64,000 nt of DNA from the NCBI GenBank assembly GCA_964016885.1, contig OZ024748.1:2914001-2978000 (forward strand), written 5' to 3'. A model generated the notes under the pieces. That model ran no database searches and was not told the DNA's origin. It saw only the letters and a program-made list of their open reading frames with translations. Both the position numbers and the translations under genes were made by a program. Shown in pieces: positions 45,834 through 61,443 of this stretch. This DNA comes from Eledone cirrhosa. Lineage: Eukaryota. Within the stretch, counting starts at the first letter, position 1. Each line of letters opens with the position of its first letter.

Positions 45834-45858
45834 GTAAATATATATATGTATATATATG

Positions 45859-45898
<40 letters not shown>

Positions 45899-46404
45899 AT
45901 ATATATGTCTGTGTGTGTGTGTGTACTCATATAAGTATATATATATGTATATATATATGTATATATATATATGTATATATATATATATGTGTGTATGTAC
46001 AAATATTTTTGTGTATATATATACTTATATATATGCATGTATGTATTTGTATAGGTGTGTTTGTATATATATATATGTATGTATTTGTATATGTATGCAT
46101 TATATGTATAAATATTTTTGTGTGTATATATATGTGTGTGTATGCATATATATATACACACACACACACTCATACACACACACGCGCGCACACACACAAA
46201 CACACACGCACATATATTAATAATAAGTATGGACGAGGTGCTAAATGTTCATTAAGTTATTCAGGTGTGACGCGTGTTTCGCGATTGATCAGCTTAAGGT
46301 TCGATCTCTATCGATCAGACCTGACTCTCGAATGAAAAATTCATCAGACTTGTGCTTGTGTATATGCATGTATATGTATATTTATGTTTGTGTCACATTC
46401 GTTA

Positions 46405-47110
46405 TGCGTTAGATCTTCCCTGCGCCCTATGGAGGACGTTTGCAACCCAGAGATCTCCACATTTCAAGGTGGTGATCCCTGTTACAGGCCTGCTCCCAGT
46501 CGAAGCAGGGTCACAGACCACGATCAGGTTTTCAGAGGTCTGTCTCACTTCATATGTCCTACACCTAGCTTCCACCCGGATGGAAGAGGGCCTTCTCTGG
46601 TCACTTTGTGGACATATATAGCACATGGTCAATTACCTTATCTCCTGCCATCTTATAGTAATGGTATGCTGTCGGTTATTTAGCCCAGCTCTTTCCAAGA
46701 TATCTTAAGTATGGTCACATAACCCCTTCATTCATGATGTCATACCCAAGATATCTTAAGTATGGTCACATAACCCCTTCATTGATGATGTCATACCCAA
46801 GATATCTTAAGTATGGTCACATAAGCCCTTCATTCATGATGTCATACCCAAGATATCTTAAGTATGGTCACATAACCCCTTCATTGATGATGTCATACCC
46901 AAGATATCTTAAGTATGGTCACATAAGCCCTTCATTCATGATGTCATACCAAGATATCTTAAGTATGGTCACATAACCCCTTTCATTGATGATGTCATAC
47001 CCAAGATATCTTAAGTATGGTCCTAAAGGAACATCTGTAGAAGACGACTGCAGTTCTAAAGATTCTGTTGGTGTTCTTTAACATCTCGTAAGAATAAGTC
47101 ATCGTTGACA
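46405..47110 (-). pseudogene. Decayed RTE/RTE-X LINE 3' end interrupted by a 51-bp tandem array
   Basis: Minus-strand FYRCSFRTILKISW motif; downstream WKLGVGHMK*DRPLKT resembles W.P.G.R.RGRP..TW; ends ccatagggcgcagggaagatctaa. Confidence 0.6.
46696..47022. repeat. 51-bp minisatellite, about 6.4 copies
   Basis: Unit ccaagatatcttaagtatggtcacataaccccttcattcatgatgtcatac. Confidence 0.97.
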
Positions 47111-47924
47111 TGGTAACTGGTGTATGCAGGTAGAACTTTGTACCTTGACTGGTGGAGGAGTTGTACCATAGAGGTCTCAGGTACTGAAAGACAGCTACAG
47201 CTGGGCCGAGTGTTTTTTTCTATATCAGTTTCTAATTGCCTATTACACACACACAAACACACACACAAATACACACACACACATGAACATATTCGCAATC
47301 ACAGGTTAATATACAACCAATGATAATGATCATGATGATAATGACTAGGATTTTGTTAATGATGGTGGTGGTGGTGGTGGTGATGGTAGTGGTAGTGGTG
47401 GTGGTGGTGGTGGTGGTGGTGGTGGTGGTGGTGGTGGTGGTGGTGGTGGTGGTGGTGGTGGTGGTGGTGGTGGTAGTAGTAGTGGTGGTAGCGGTGTTGG
47501 TGGTGGTGGTGGTGGTAGTGGTGGTAGTAGTAGTGGTGGTGGTAGTAGTGGTGGTGGTGGTGGTAGTGGTGGTGGTGGCAGTGGTGATGGTGGCAGTAGT
47601 GGTAGTAGTGGTGGTGGTTGTAATGATAGTGGTGCTGTTGATGATGATGATGACATCACTATGATGGCGACGGTAGGAAGTGTAAACGTGTAATACGAAT
47701 CATAAAAGTAGACATTAAAATTTCTCATTCTTTGCTTATTGTTCTTGTTGTTGTTGTAGTATTTCAGTTTGTTGTTGTTGTTGCTGTTATTGCTATTGTT
47801 GTTGCTATTGTTGTTACTATTGCTATTATTGTTCTTGCTATTGTTGTTGTTGCTATGGTTGTTGTTGCTATGGTTGTTGTTATTGCTGTTGTTGTTGTTG
47901 TTCTTGCTATTGTTTTTGTTTCTA

Positions 47925-47955
<31 letters not shown>

Positions 47956-48882
47956 AGGCTGTTCTTGCTACTCTGTAATCATTGATGTAAGCATTCGTCT
48001 TTGAAAGAGAATGAGGCGAGGGGGGAGGGGGGAGGGGGTAGAGGGGGAGGGGTAGAGGTGGGGAGGGGAGAAAAGAGAGAGACAAAAAAACAGAGTAATA
48101 TCGATTAAGAAAACACAATATTTATTGGTAGTTGAAATCGAAATTTCCAAATGATAGTTGCATCTCCAAGCCAACAACAACAACAACAACAGCAATAATA
48201 GTTTCGCACTTAATTTTCATTCTTCAAACAAACACACAAACACAAACAAACACACAAACACACAAACGCACAAACGCAAACAGATAAACACAAACACATA
48301 CACAAACACATACACAAACACACAAACACAAACACATAAAACACAGCCACATACACAAAACATACACACATACACTGCCACCCTCACACATACACAAACA
48401 TGGAAACAGACGCGCACAAACAACATTAACCCAAATACGCATAGAATCACAAAGCAAAATACACATACAACCACACACGTACATATACACACACATACAT
48501 ATATACGTACAAAAACACAAACACACATTCAAATATGCGTACGTAAACACACACACACGTACACAAGCACAAACACACATACATACATACGTACGCAAGC
48601 ACAACCTCACATACATACATACGTACAAAAAACACACGTACATATTTACGTTTGTAAACACACATATATATGTATACACACATATATGTAAACACACATA
48701 TATGTATACACACACATATATGTAAACACACACATATATGTAAACACGCACACATATGTATACACACACATACCCCCCTCTTCTTCTTACCCATCCCCAC
48801 CCCTCATTTATGACAATTTTCACATCTCATCCTCTTTTTTTCCACTCAATATCTCTCTTACTGTTAATTTTTTCACATTATC

Positions 48883-48957
<75 letters not shown>

Positions 48958-49210
48958 CCTATCTCTCTCTCACCCCCTTCTCTCTCTCACTGTCTCTTCC
49001 CCCTCTCTCTCTCACTCCCCCTCTCTCTCACTCCCCCTCCCCCATCTCTCTCACTCCCCCATCTCTCTCTCTCTCTCTCACTCCCCCTCTCTCTCTCACT
49101 CTCTCTCACCCTCTCTCTCACTATATATATACACCACTCTTCACACCTTCCTTGTTATGAATTTCTAATCACTGCTAAAACGTCAATAATACTCCTCCTT
49201 CTCGTCACCA

Positions 49211-49244
<34 letters not shown>

Positions 49245-49312
49245 GTATGTAAATATCTATCTATCTCTCCCTCTCCCCCCTCCCTCTCTCTCTCTCTCTA
49301 TATATATATTTA

Positions 49313-50075
49313 TACTTTGGTATTGTGTGTTAGATTTTGCCCTACCACAATGTTCAATTTGTTAAGCTATTTAAACGTATGTTATTACACCAAGGACCTA
49401 CCTTGTCCCTTGTCCAGTGCTTTGCTAACTCATTCATATCGTAGGTCGAATTTGCTTGCCGACAAAGCATCCAATTATATTATTTTCTCCTAGATTTAAT
49501 AATTAACTAATTAATTTAATTAGACAATTCTGTTGATTGGTTAATTATTTGTGTTTGTTTAATAACATCTGGTCGAGAGCTTATTCTGAAAGTTAGCGGA
49601 AATTATAATATTTCCTTTGTCTAACATTTTGAACGACCCGCCAAAAACCGGGGGTTATTTCCCTTGCTGGAAATAACTAAATATACGATTAGCTGCTACT
49701 AGCGGCAACATTTAGCATCTAGCCCCGTTCTTTGGTAGAACGAAAACCTGTTGATGAATTGAATCCTCTATTCGATCATGAATACCAGAGTTTGCCAGTT
49801 ACGTAAGTCTGATATTTGATTTCGGATTCATAGAAACACTTTAAACGTATAGCGTTTGATTTGTCCAGGTGTATTTTTTCTCAACCTGTTGGTTCTTTCG
49901 TTACTTTGGTATTGTGTGTTAGATTTTGCCTACCACAATGTTCAATTTGTCAAGCTATTTAAACGTATGTTATTACTCTAAGGACCTACCTTGTCGAGTG
50001 CTTTGCTAACTCATTCATATCGTAGGTCGAATTTGCTTGCACACCGCCAAAGATTCGATTTTACTAAGCATCCTA
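49313..50075 (+). mobile_element. Family K terminally redundant (about 1.25-mer) element with HHR; retrozyme/pLTR-like
   Basis: About 140-bp direct repeats at 49313-49459 and 49902-50040; HHR-like motif at 49744-49857. Confidence 0.75.
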
Positions 50076-50089
50076 TTATATATATATAT

Positions 50090-50172
<83 letters not shown>

Positions 50173-50274
50173 AATGTGTATACTTAAGGATGGTTTTCCG
50201 AAGAGGAACGGAAGAGACCCACAATTAAATAAGGTAATAATACATTAGTAGAGAATATATATATATATATATAT

Positions 50275-50490
50275 AAGCAATGAGTTATATGGTTTGTTGA
50301 TTATTCAACAAAGTTAATTTTACAACAGATTAGAAGCACTCTACAAGATTTATCTGGAGTATTATTAATATTAACAATATTAATCAATGGAAAATATCTT
50401 TTCAAAACCATATTTATTTTATTATACGTATTTCAAGGGTACTAATATTTAAGTACACTTTCATCCATTTATTAATATTGTTAATATATG
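50275..50490. mobile_element. Family J fold-back copy
   Basis: Antisense HHR (gaaatacgtata; stem II gtact/agtac) truncated within the core, then inverted ccatttattaatattgttaatat. Confidence 0.7.
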
Positions 50491-50532
<42 letters not shown>

Positions 50533-50544
50533 CATACATACGGT

Positions 50545-50703
50545 TTCTGATATAGGTACAAGGCCAGCAATTTGGGGGGGAGGGGCAGCCTGTTACTAGT
50601 ACTTTATTTTATCGACCCTGGCGGTCGATTTGAACTCGGAACGTAAAAGCCCGTAACTCTATGCCGCAAAACATGGTATCCGACGCTCTACCGATTCTGC
50701 CAA
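50545..50703 (-). mobile_element. Main-family SINE
   Basis: Reverse complement of head (ctctaccgattctgccaa), B box and tail. Confidence 0.75.
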
Positions 50704-50816
50704 AATAATAGTAACCGCAACAAAAAATGTTATAATTAATGAAAACCCAATGAGTACAAACGAAATATTTCAGTTGAATATTTTTTGTTTTAAAGTAATA
50801 ATTTTATAGTAGCTTG

Positions 50817-51032
50817 CTTAACCGTTTAGCATTTACATTACTCTATATCTGTTATTGTATTTTTGTAAAAAAAAGCTTTATCTCACATAATATCGAATCT
50901 ACAAGATTTTGATATTATTTATTTTGAGAACAATACCTTAACATAAGTATGAGCAGTCAGTTATGGCTGGTTTGAACAGAAAGAGGTGAGAGAATTCTGG
51001 CCGGATATGGCCGAGTTAAACTCAGCTAAAAC
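50817..51032. mobile_element. Possible piggyBac-type MITE
   Basis: Starts ttaaccgtttagcatt; degenerate right end ggccggatatggccgagttaaactcagctaaaa; recognised from memory only. Confidence 0.35.
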
Positions 51033-51879
51033 CCGAACTAAACTAAGGACATTCTCTTCTCGTATATCACCGAAACCTTGTAATGGAAGACTGAAAGACT
51101 TTAATTGGCTGACATTACTGAAAACAAAAATCTTTTATATTTCTACAGTAAAATGTAATAAATCACGGATTAATTTGTTGTTTTTTCTGGTTTAGTTTTT
51201 TTTAGTTGTTTTGTTTTGTTGTTGTTTTTCCTGTGGGGTGTTGGGGTTGTTTGTGTAAGCTGGATTTACCCCTATACATAAACATAAATAACGCAAAAAA
51301 ATAAGAAGGAAAATGGCGAAATTAAGACACAAGCAGAACGACTTCCGTCAACAGCCCCTTCCTGTTATGAACAAACAAGAAAGGGGGACCTATACGTTGT
51401 TATTTGACCTGTTAAACATTCCTAAAATCACACACAATCACTGTCTTTAAAAAAAAGAAAGAAAAATGAAAAGAACACATTGTATAATGTAATCCCAGAT
51501 ACATTATGGATGATAAAGCAAGACGAAATTATTATGACTGGAACGCCTTTGGATAACAGGTTTGCTTCAGTTGAGCTGACATGGGGTTAAAATACAACAA
51601 AACATGGTTTTAAATAAATGATAGATTTAGAACACAGACAAAAATCACTTCCGTCAACAACTTTGCTTTTACTAGCCATTGAGGAAGCCTCTGTGAGGAC
51701 TCGATCTGCTAAAAATAAAGCCCAAATGTCCCTCAAATCATTTTCTGAAGTTTTTTTTTGTTTAAATAATATTTATTCATGGATTCAAATCCGCTCTATT
51801 ACTGTATTCTTATTCTACGAAGGAAGGGGACAACGGGTATAATAGTCTGAAATATATTAGGTTTCACATCACAAATGGA

Positions 51880-52620
51880 ATGATCGACTTTCCTCTTGCT
51901 TCAAATTGCTGGCCTTGTGCCAGTGTTAGAATTATTAGGGCGGTGTATTTAGTAGAATTGTTATAGCGGGAGATGAAAGACCTTGCAGTATTTGTTCTGG
52001 GTCTTTGCGCCGAGTTCAAATCCCACTGAGGACAACTTTGCCTTTCATAATATAATATAACATACAATGCATGTTATATTATATTATATTATATTATATT
52101 ATATATCAAATCCCGTAGAGGTTAGCTTTGCTTTCACCCTTAAGGGGTCGATAAAATAAAGTACCAGTAATACACTGAAGTCGATTAAATCAACTTTCCC
52201 CTCCCCCCAAAATTGCTGGCCTTGTGTCTCGGTGAATTGGCAGTATCGGTAGAGGGTCGGACATGCTTTCCAGCGTAGTTACGTCCTGAGTTCAAATCCC
52301 GTCGAGGTCAACTTTACCTTTCATTCTTCCGAGGTCAATACTATAAAGTACTAGTTAAAGTACTGAAGTAGATATAATCTATTTTCCCGTTCGCACAAAT
52401 TGCAGGCCTTGTGCCGAATTTAGGAAAAATACTATTATATATTTGTGGATCAGCAGTATCGGTAGAGGGTCGGACGCTTTGCTTTGCAGCATGGTGTTAC
52501 GGCCTTTTACGGTCTGAGGTCAACTTTGCCTTTCCTCCTTACGGGGTCGATAAAATAAAGTACCAGTAATACACTGGGATAATTGCTGGCCTTGTGCCAA
52601 AAGTAGAAACAATTATATTA
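51880..52620 (+). mobile_element. Head-to-tail cluster of about 5 main-family SINE copies
   Basis: Repeated A box, B box, central domain and tail. Confidence 0.8.
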
Positions 52621-52659
52621 TAATATATATATTATATTACATATATATTATATTATATG

Positions 52660-52978
52660 TGTAGAGGTTATATTTAATTTGTTGGGATACAACAAGCAAA
52701 ATATTTTTATAACTGATATAAAGCACTCAACAAATTATTGGAGTAAATATACAATGTATTAACAAATGGAAACTATATTTATAAAACCAGGAGATTCCAA
52801 CCAGAATGGTTGAATTTTTTAAGGGTATGTCAATATTTATTTATAAAACTAACCTATATTATATTTTATCTGATGAAAGCGCACCATAGTTTTCTCTGGT
52901 GGCCCTTGAAATATGTATAATGAAATAAATATGGTTTTATAAATATAGTTTCCATTTGTTAATATATTGTATTATATT
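52660..52978. mobile_element. Family J fold-back element with intact HHR
   Basis: Inverted arms about 52746-52789 / 52933-52975; tattttat-CTGATGA-aagcgcacca..tggtggccctt-GAAA-tatgta-TA-atgaaata (52862-52927). Confidence 0.8.
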
Positions 52979-54027
52979 ATATATATATTTATATCATATT
53001 ATACTATATTATATATACTGTATATATTATATTATATATATATTCAACTTTTAACGAAAATTAAACGATATTAAAGAAAGAAAATGGTGGGGAAATTGCG
53101 AAAACAGAAAAGAAAATTAAAAATAAAAGCAAAAAATAAAACAAAAGAAAATAAATAGAAGAAAACAAAACTAGAAGCTGAATGTAAACATGGAAGATAT
53201 TTATGGAAGTGATAAACTAAGCCAGCAACCCATCCATTTGTTTTTCCTGGCATTCTATTTAATAGCCCGCCATGGCATGTTTTGACTTTAATAAGAAAAA
53301 CGCCACCTCTTAACGTAGCAAAATGATTGGCAGAGCTGCCCAAGTTGACTTTATCGTTGTTTATGAGCCACTAAAATACAATTTACATGGCCGACTTCGC
53401 TACTCTCAGCTGTGTCCCTTTAGTTTCTCCTTTTCTCAATTAAATGACGTTTCTCTCGCACATTTTTAAAAATACGTATGTATGGCTCTGGTGTGGATGT
53501 TTTCTCTAATGTTTCGTGTGGATGGTGTTTATATGTGTTGTGTGTCTTGTGTAGTGTGTCTTGTGTATTGTGTGTGTGTCTTGTGTGTCTTATGTGTATG
53601 TGGGTTGTGTGTGTGTGTATTGTGAGTTGTGTGTGTGTTGGAGTGTTTCTGTAGTGTGGTGTTGTGTGTGTGTTGGAGTGTTTCTATAGTGTGGTGATGG
53701 TGGTGTTGGTGGTCATGGTGGTGGCGGCGTTTGTTCTAGTTCGTAGTGGTGGTGGCGGTGTTTTACTTGTTGATGGTGGTGTTGGTGACCGTGTTAGTGG
53801 TGGTGTTGTTGTAGGTGGTAGTGGTTGTGTTGTTCTGGTAGTCGTGTTGGTGGTGTTGTTTTAGCTGTTGTTGGTAATAGTGGTCGTCGTGGAGACGGTG
53901 TTGTTTTAGTTTCTGTTTGTGGTGGTCGTGTGTGTGTGTTTTCTCCCTCACCCTTTTTTCCTAATTTTTCCCCGTTCCTTTTTCTTATCACCCTTTACTT
54001 TCTATTTATCTTCTATTTTTAACTCCA

Positions 54028-54063
54028 TCTTCTGATGAAGGACTAGTGTCCGAAACGTTAAGA
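54028..54063 (+). ncRNA. Minimal Penelope-type hammerhead ribozyme (family I)
   Basis: tctt-CTGATGA-a-ggac-tagt-gtcc-GAAA-c-GTT-aaga; palindromic AACGTT stem III. Confidence 0.8.
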
Positions 54064-54139
54064 CTCTCTACTTCCTATTTCAAGCGTTAAACTAATATAT
54101 TTCTGTGCTGTTTGTTTTGTTATTTTTGTTTACCATTTA

Positions 54140-54247
<108 letters not shown>

Positions 54248-54792
54248 TATATATACACATCTTTACTTCTTAGTACACACCAATCACATGTTAATACATA
54301 TTAATCAACCAAGCGTTGTTAAAATATACCTAGAAGCAATCAACCCAAGTCTTTGACAGGTAAAATGGCTAATACTAGACAGTTTAGTCGTCAATTAGTA
54401 GTTTAATGACAGGTATAAAAAAAAAATTCACACACTTTGATATTATAGAGTTCTACGCCTTGATCCGAAATCTTCTCGGTAATAAAGGCATAGATTTTTT
54501 TCTAAACTATTTAATCATCTCAATAAAGATCCTAAGAAAATACCACTTATTCTATAACTAATCTTCCTGGTGAAAGAAATAATAAACGAACAGCTTTTCG
54601 GTGTGAACATATAAGACTAAAACGAAGCAGAGGTAGATGAAGGGGTTGGAAGACTTATTGAGGAAAATCTAAGCAAGATATTTAATCAGGTTGAATATTT
54701 AATCAAGTTATATTCAGAAAACTGCGACGCGATTTATCAAAGGCAGAAATATTTCACTTGCAAAATGAGAATCCAAAACATGAACATAATCA

Positions 54793-55043
54793 TAGTAATA
54801 ATAATAAATGTGAAGACTAAAATCCGAAGAGAGCTCGATAAGGAAAATATATATATCAAATATATAAAAACCATAGAGCACATATTTATTCTGAACCTCC
54901 CGTTAAGGGTGAAAGCAGCGATTATTTGTTTAAACTTTAATCTGTTATTTTAATAAATATTTTCTCTAGGGTTCTTATATATTTGATGTATATTTATCCT
55001 TATCGAGCCCTCTTTGGATTTTAGTCTTCAGATTTATTATTAT
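54793..55043. mobile_element. Family E fold-back element
   Basis: Antisense arm 54793-54890 and sense arm 54898-55043. Confidence 0.85.
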
Positions 55044-55149
55044 TCGAGGTTAACTTTGCCTTTCATCCTTACGGGGTCGATAAAATAAAGTACCAGTAAT
55101 ACACTGGGATAATTGGTGGCCTTGTGCCCAAAGTAGAAACAATTATTAT

Positions 55150-55151
<2 letters not shown>
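55044..55151 (+). mobile_element. Main-family SINE, 5'-truncated
   Basis: Central domain plus tail. Confidence 0.8.
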
Positions 55152-55199
<48 letters not shown>

Positions 55200-55310
55200 T
55201 CGATTTTATATACACCATCTGGAGACATAATCCAACAAGCAAATCTCTATATGCATCCTTGTCAATTCCTCAACATCACCTCAAAGCACCATATGGCTCA
55301 AGAATATACA

Positions 55311-56276
<966 letters not shown>

Positions 56277-56309
56277 TATATATATGTATATATATATATT
56301 AATAATAGT

Positions 56310-56442
56310 AGTTCCACAGAACGATTGTTTCACCTTACTGCTCGGTAATGGTGAACTAACTGTTGTGGAACCACTTCTACCAAACTCGTCCCAGGGACTG
56401 AGTGCTCTACTACTACGGATATAACCCTCCAGTGTTCTAGTA
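56310..56442. mobile_element. Small fold-back mini-element
   Basis: gttccacagaacgattgtttcacc..ggtgaactaactgttgtggaac arms; ctgagtgct near 3' end. Confidence 0.55.
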
Positions 56443-56443
56443 T

Positions 56444-56511
<68 letters not shown>

Positions 56512-56533
56512 TATATATATATATATATATGTT

Positions 56534-56627
<94 letters not shown>

Positions 56628-56946
56628 CACACACATCACATTTATATATATATATTTATATATAGATAGATAGATAGATAGATAGATAAAAAACAATGTC
56701 TGTGTACAAACAGCTCGTGGTGAGAATGTAAAGTTGTGTTTTAATGGCCGTCTGGAGAGAACTCAGGACAAAACCATATATTTCCTTTAACAATGCACTG
56801 TTTCATTGAAGGAGATTCTTTTTTTATAGCTGCAGGTGAAAGGAAAGTTGAGTGCTATCTATATCTCACATCAAAGGGACTGATTATCTTGCTTACGATG
56901 GCCTCACTATATCATAACGAACGGCTCTATCTGACAACACACACAC

Positions 56947-57024
<78 letters not shown>

Positions 57025-57077
57025 AGAGAGAGAGGGGGGAGGTGTATGTATATATATAAAATATGTTTATGTATAAA

Positions 57078-57114
<37 letters not shown>

Positions 57115-57206
57115 GGCGGGTGTATATATAAATATATATTGCAGCATTGTTGACATGACCCTCCCCAAAATATAATATATAATACATATATGTTTATTAT
57201 ATATAA

Positions 57207-57244
<38 letters not shown>

Positions 57245-57249
57245 CCTCC

Positions 57250-57304
<55 letters not shown>

Positions 57305-57324
57305 GGGAGGGTGTATATATATAT

Positions 57325-57500
57325 ATACAATGATATTAAATAAATGGAAACTATATTTATAAAACCTATTTGTTTTATTATATATATTTCAAGGGTACCA
57401 AGATACATTGGTACGCTTTCATCAGATAAAATACAAAGTTTGTTTTATAAATAGAGACATACCCATGAAAATCATACCTTATCGGTTGGAAATTCACTGG
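57325..57500 (-). mobile_element. Family J copy with intact HHR
   Basis: Minus strand: ttttat-CTGATGA-aagc-gtaccaa-tgtatc-ttggtac-cctt-GAAA-tatata-TA-ataaaa. Confidence 0.8.
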
Positions 57501-57526
57501 ATATATATATATACATATATATATAT

Positions 57527-57630
57527 ACGAGTAGGACCCCGACGGCTGAGCTCAAACCATTTCGACGGCTAATTCTGGATTAACATTTTAGTCCAGAATT
57601 AGCCGTCGAAACGGCTTGAGCTCAGCCATA
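57527..57630. mobile_element. Family C fold-back copy
   Basis: ttcgacggctaattctgga / tccagaattagccgtcgaa arms. Confidence 0.8.
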
Positions 57631-57728
57631 TATATATGGCTGGTACACAGCTACATAGCGATCTTAGCCATTTTTGAATCTAAATTTGGCGCGGTCGGTT
57701 TGAGAAATTAAATGTCTGATTCTGAGTT

Positions 57729-57808
57729 TATCTCCTGATGAATCCTAACTCAGGACAAATCCATATTATTTGGATGTCCTAAATAAGGAAGAAACCATGG
57801 TAGAGATA
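57729..57808 (+). ncRNA. Canonical type-I hammerhead ribozyme motif
   Basis: tatctc-CTGATGA-atcct..aggaca..atcca/tggat..gtcct..aggaa-GAAA-ccatgg-TA-gagata. Confidence 0.85.
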
Positions 57809-58098
57809 TAATTACGGTATGTGCGCATTTCTTCTAAGTTTAATTTTACTACTAATTATGTGCGGTTGATGGTATATTTGATCGGATTCTGCATGCTGCC
57901 GAAATGTTTGATAAATAGTGGAACGGAGCTGCCGCGAAGAGGCTACGATCAATTGTTTGTCAGAGATTTCCCCGTAAGAAAATTTATTCTTAAAGCTTGC
58001 TAGATTTGATTATGTATATGGTTAATTATGCTAATTAGAAGAAGAAATAGTATATATTTTAATATCTGATTGATTCTATAGACATGATTTATGATATA

Positions 58099-58150
<52 letters not shown>

Positions 58151-58521
58151 TGCATATAATCTTTATATCTGTGTGTGCGTATATATATATATAGATATAT
58201 ATATGTATTTATGTATGTATATATATAATGAGTATATATATATATATATGTACATATATATATATAATATAGGTAAATATGTACATATATATGGGAGCGT
58301 TGAGTAGATTGAAATTCTTACAATATGTAGAAATCTCAAATGCAGAATATAACTGTAACAACAGTCGATTGGGATAAATTATACCTTAAAATATTTCGTG
58401 AAATAATACCTCTATAAACGGGAAATAAGGGCCAGCAGATGTTACGAAGTATCGAACTTCCTACCTCTCTACTACTGGCTGTGAGCTCTGTACCATTCCA
58501 GCTAGGCGACCCTTGTGTGTA

Positions 58522-59354
<833 letters not shown>

Positions 59355-59630
59355 CTGTATCTGTACCAATAAACAATCTGAGCAAAGTTGATGACGACTA
59401 CAATAACAATATCAACAACAGCAGTAAGAGTTGATTCATTAGACCCCATTGGCTTTCATCACGGTCATCTTTCTTTTGTCTATTATATATATATGTGTGT
59501 GTATATGTATATATTATATATATTAATACATATAGATTATATACATACATATAGATTATATACATGCATACATATATATATACATACATACATATATATG
59601 TATACATACATATATATATATATATATATG

Positions 59631-59736
<106 letters not shown>

Positions 59737-59913
59737 CATACATACATACATATATATATATATATACATAATACATATATATATATACATACATACGTGT
59801 ATATATATACATACGTGTATATTTATACATACATATATATATACACATATATATGTATGTATATGCTGTAATAACTATACTATCGCACACTCACAATATA
59901 TATACATGTTTAT

Positions 59914-59993
<80 letters not shown>

Positions 59994-60403
59994 CGAACAA
60001 GTGTCATTATGATGTGTATAATACAAGATGTGGCCAACACTATAATATGATCACATCAAAGCTTTTTATATTTTTTTGGTATATATAATCCCTTTCCTTC
60101 TCTTTATATATAAGCACCACCACACCCCGTGATTCAACGCCGCTTTTTTTACCTGCCATCCCCAACACATCAGAACAAATATCCAGTATACATTTTTTTT
60201 TTATTATCTTTACTTAACTTTTGAGAACGGGGTTGATTACTGCTGTAAATGTTACCAAGTAGACCCTTATTGGTTCAACGAACGAAAGAAGGTAACCAGA
60301 CAATAAAAAAACGGTGTTTTTTTTTTCTTTGAGTTCAAAGACTGTATGATATCCAAACATACATATACACACACATATATATATTTACATACATAAATAT
60401 ATA

Positions 60404-60456
<53 letters not shown>

Positions 60457-60764
60457 ATGTGTTTGTATGTGCGTGTGCGCATATATATATATATACACAT
60501 ATATATACATATATATATAAATGTATATATACATATACATATATACATATACAAATATATATATATATATATATAGATATATATAGATATATAAATATAT
60601 GTATATAAATATATACTTATATACTTATATACATATACATATATATGTATATATATATATATATTCTTATATATATATATACACACATATATATATATAT
60701 ATATATATACAAAAAGGAAAAAAGAATATTTATATATATGTTTGTGCTTTTCTCTGTCCGTGCG

Positions 60765-60797
<33 letters not shown>

Positions 60798-61010
60798 TAT
60801 TTTCAGTTTTACTTGAAGCTTGCTAAGTATATTTTTAAGTACCCGCCGGTTGGCCTAACCGATGGGTTCGACTGTACTCCGCCCCATATCAATCACGAGA
60901 GTCAGACAACCGATTTTTGTTGTTTATTGGTGGGGCTTTTGCTGTCTTCATAAACAAATATAAAGAGGAATTAGGCCAGAGGAGTAGTATGTTTTCTCAG
61001 GTTTCTTGCA

Positions 61011-61087
<77 letters not shown>

Positions 61088-61443
61088 TCACGCTATTATT
61101 ATTGTTTTCAGTCTCTGATTTTCTAATGTATAGTGCACTTAGTTGAAAATGGTTTTACTACCCTCAACTAGTAACGTCTCATTCACACACACACGAGGTA
61201 CTACATCTATGATGGAGGATTCACAAGACGTTGAGAGCTTTTTGCTTATTACACCTCTATCTGCTGGTTGGAGTGATTGGATCACAAACCCAGCGACCAA
61301 TTAATGAAACCATACAACGTAAAGAAAAATATATATATGTGTGTGTGTGTGTTTATTTATATACCGTATTTGCTGGTCTATTGGAGGTCTCTTCGTATAA
61401 GACGCACCCTAATTTTACAAGGACATTTGGAGAGAAAAAGAAT

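Noticed and set aside
61362-61440. Tc1/pogo-type MITE left end (taccgtattt...tataagacgcac)
   Set aside because: No matching right TIR found after the minisatellite, so not called as a complete element
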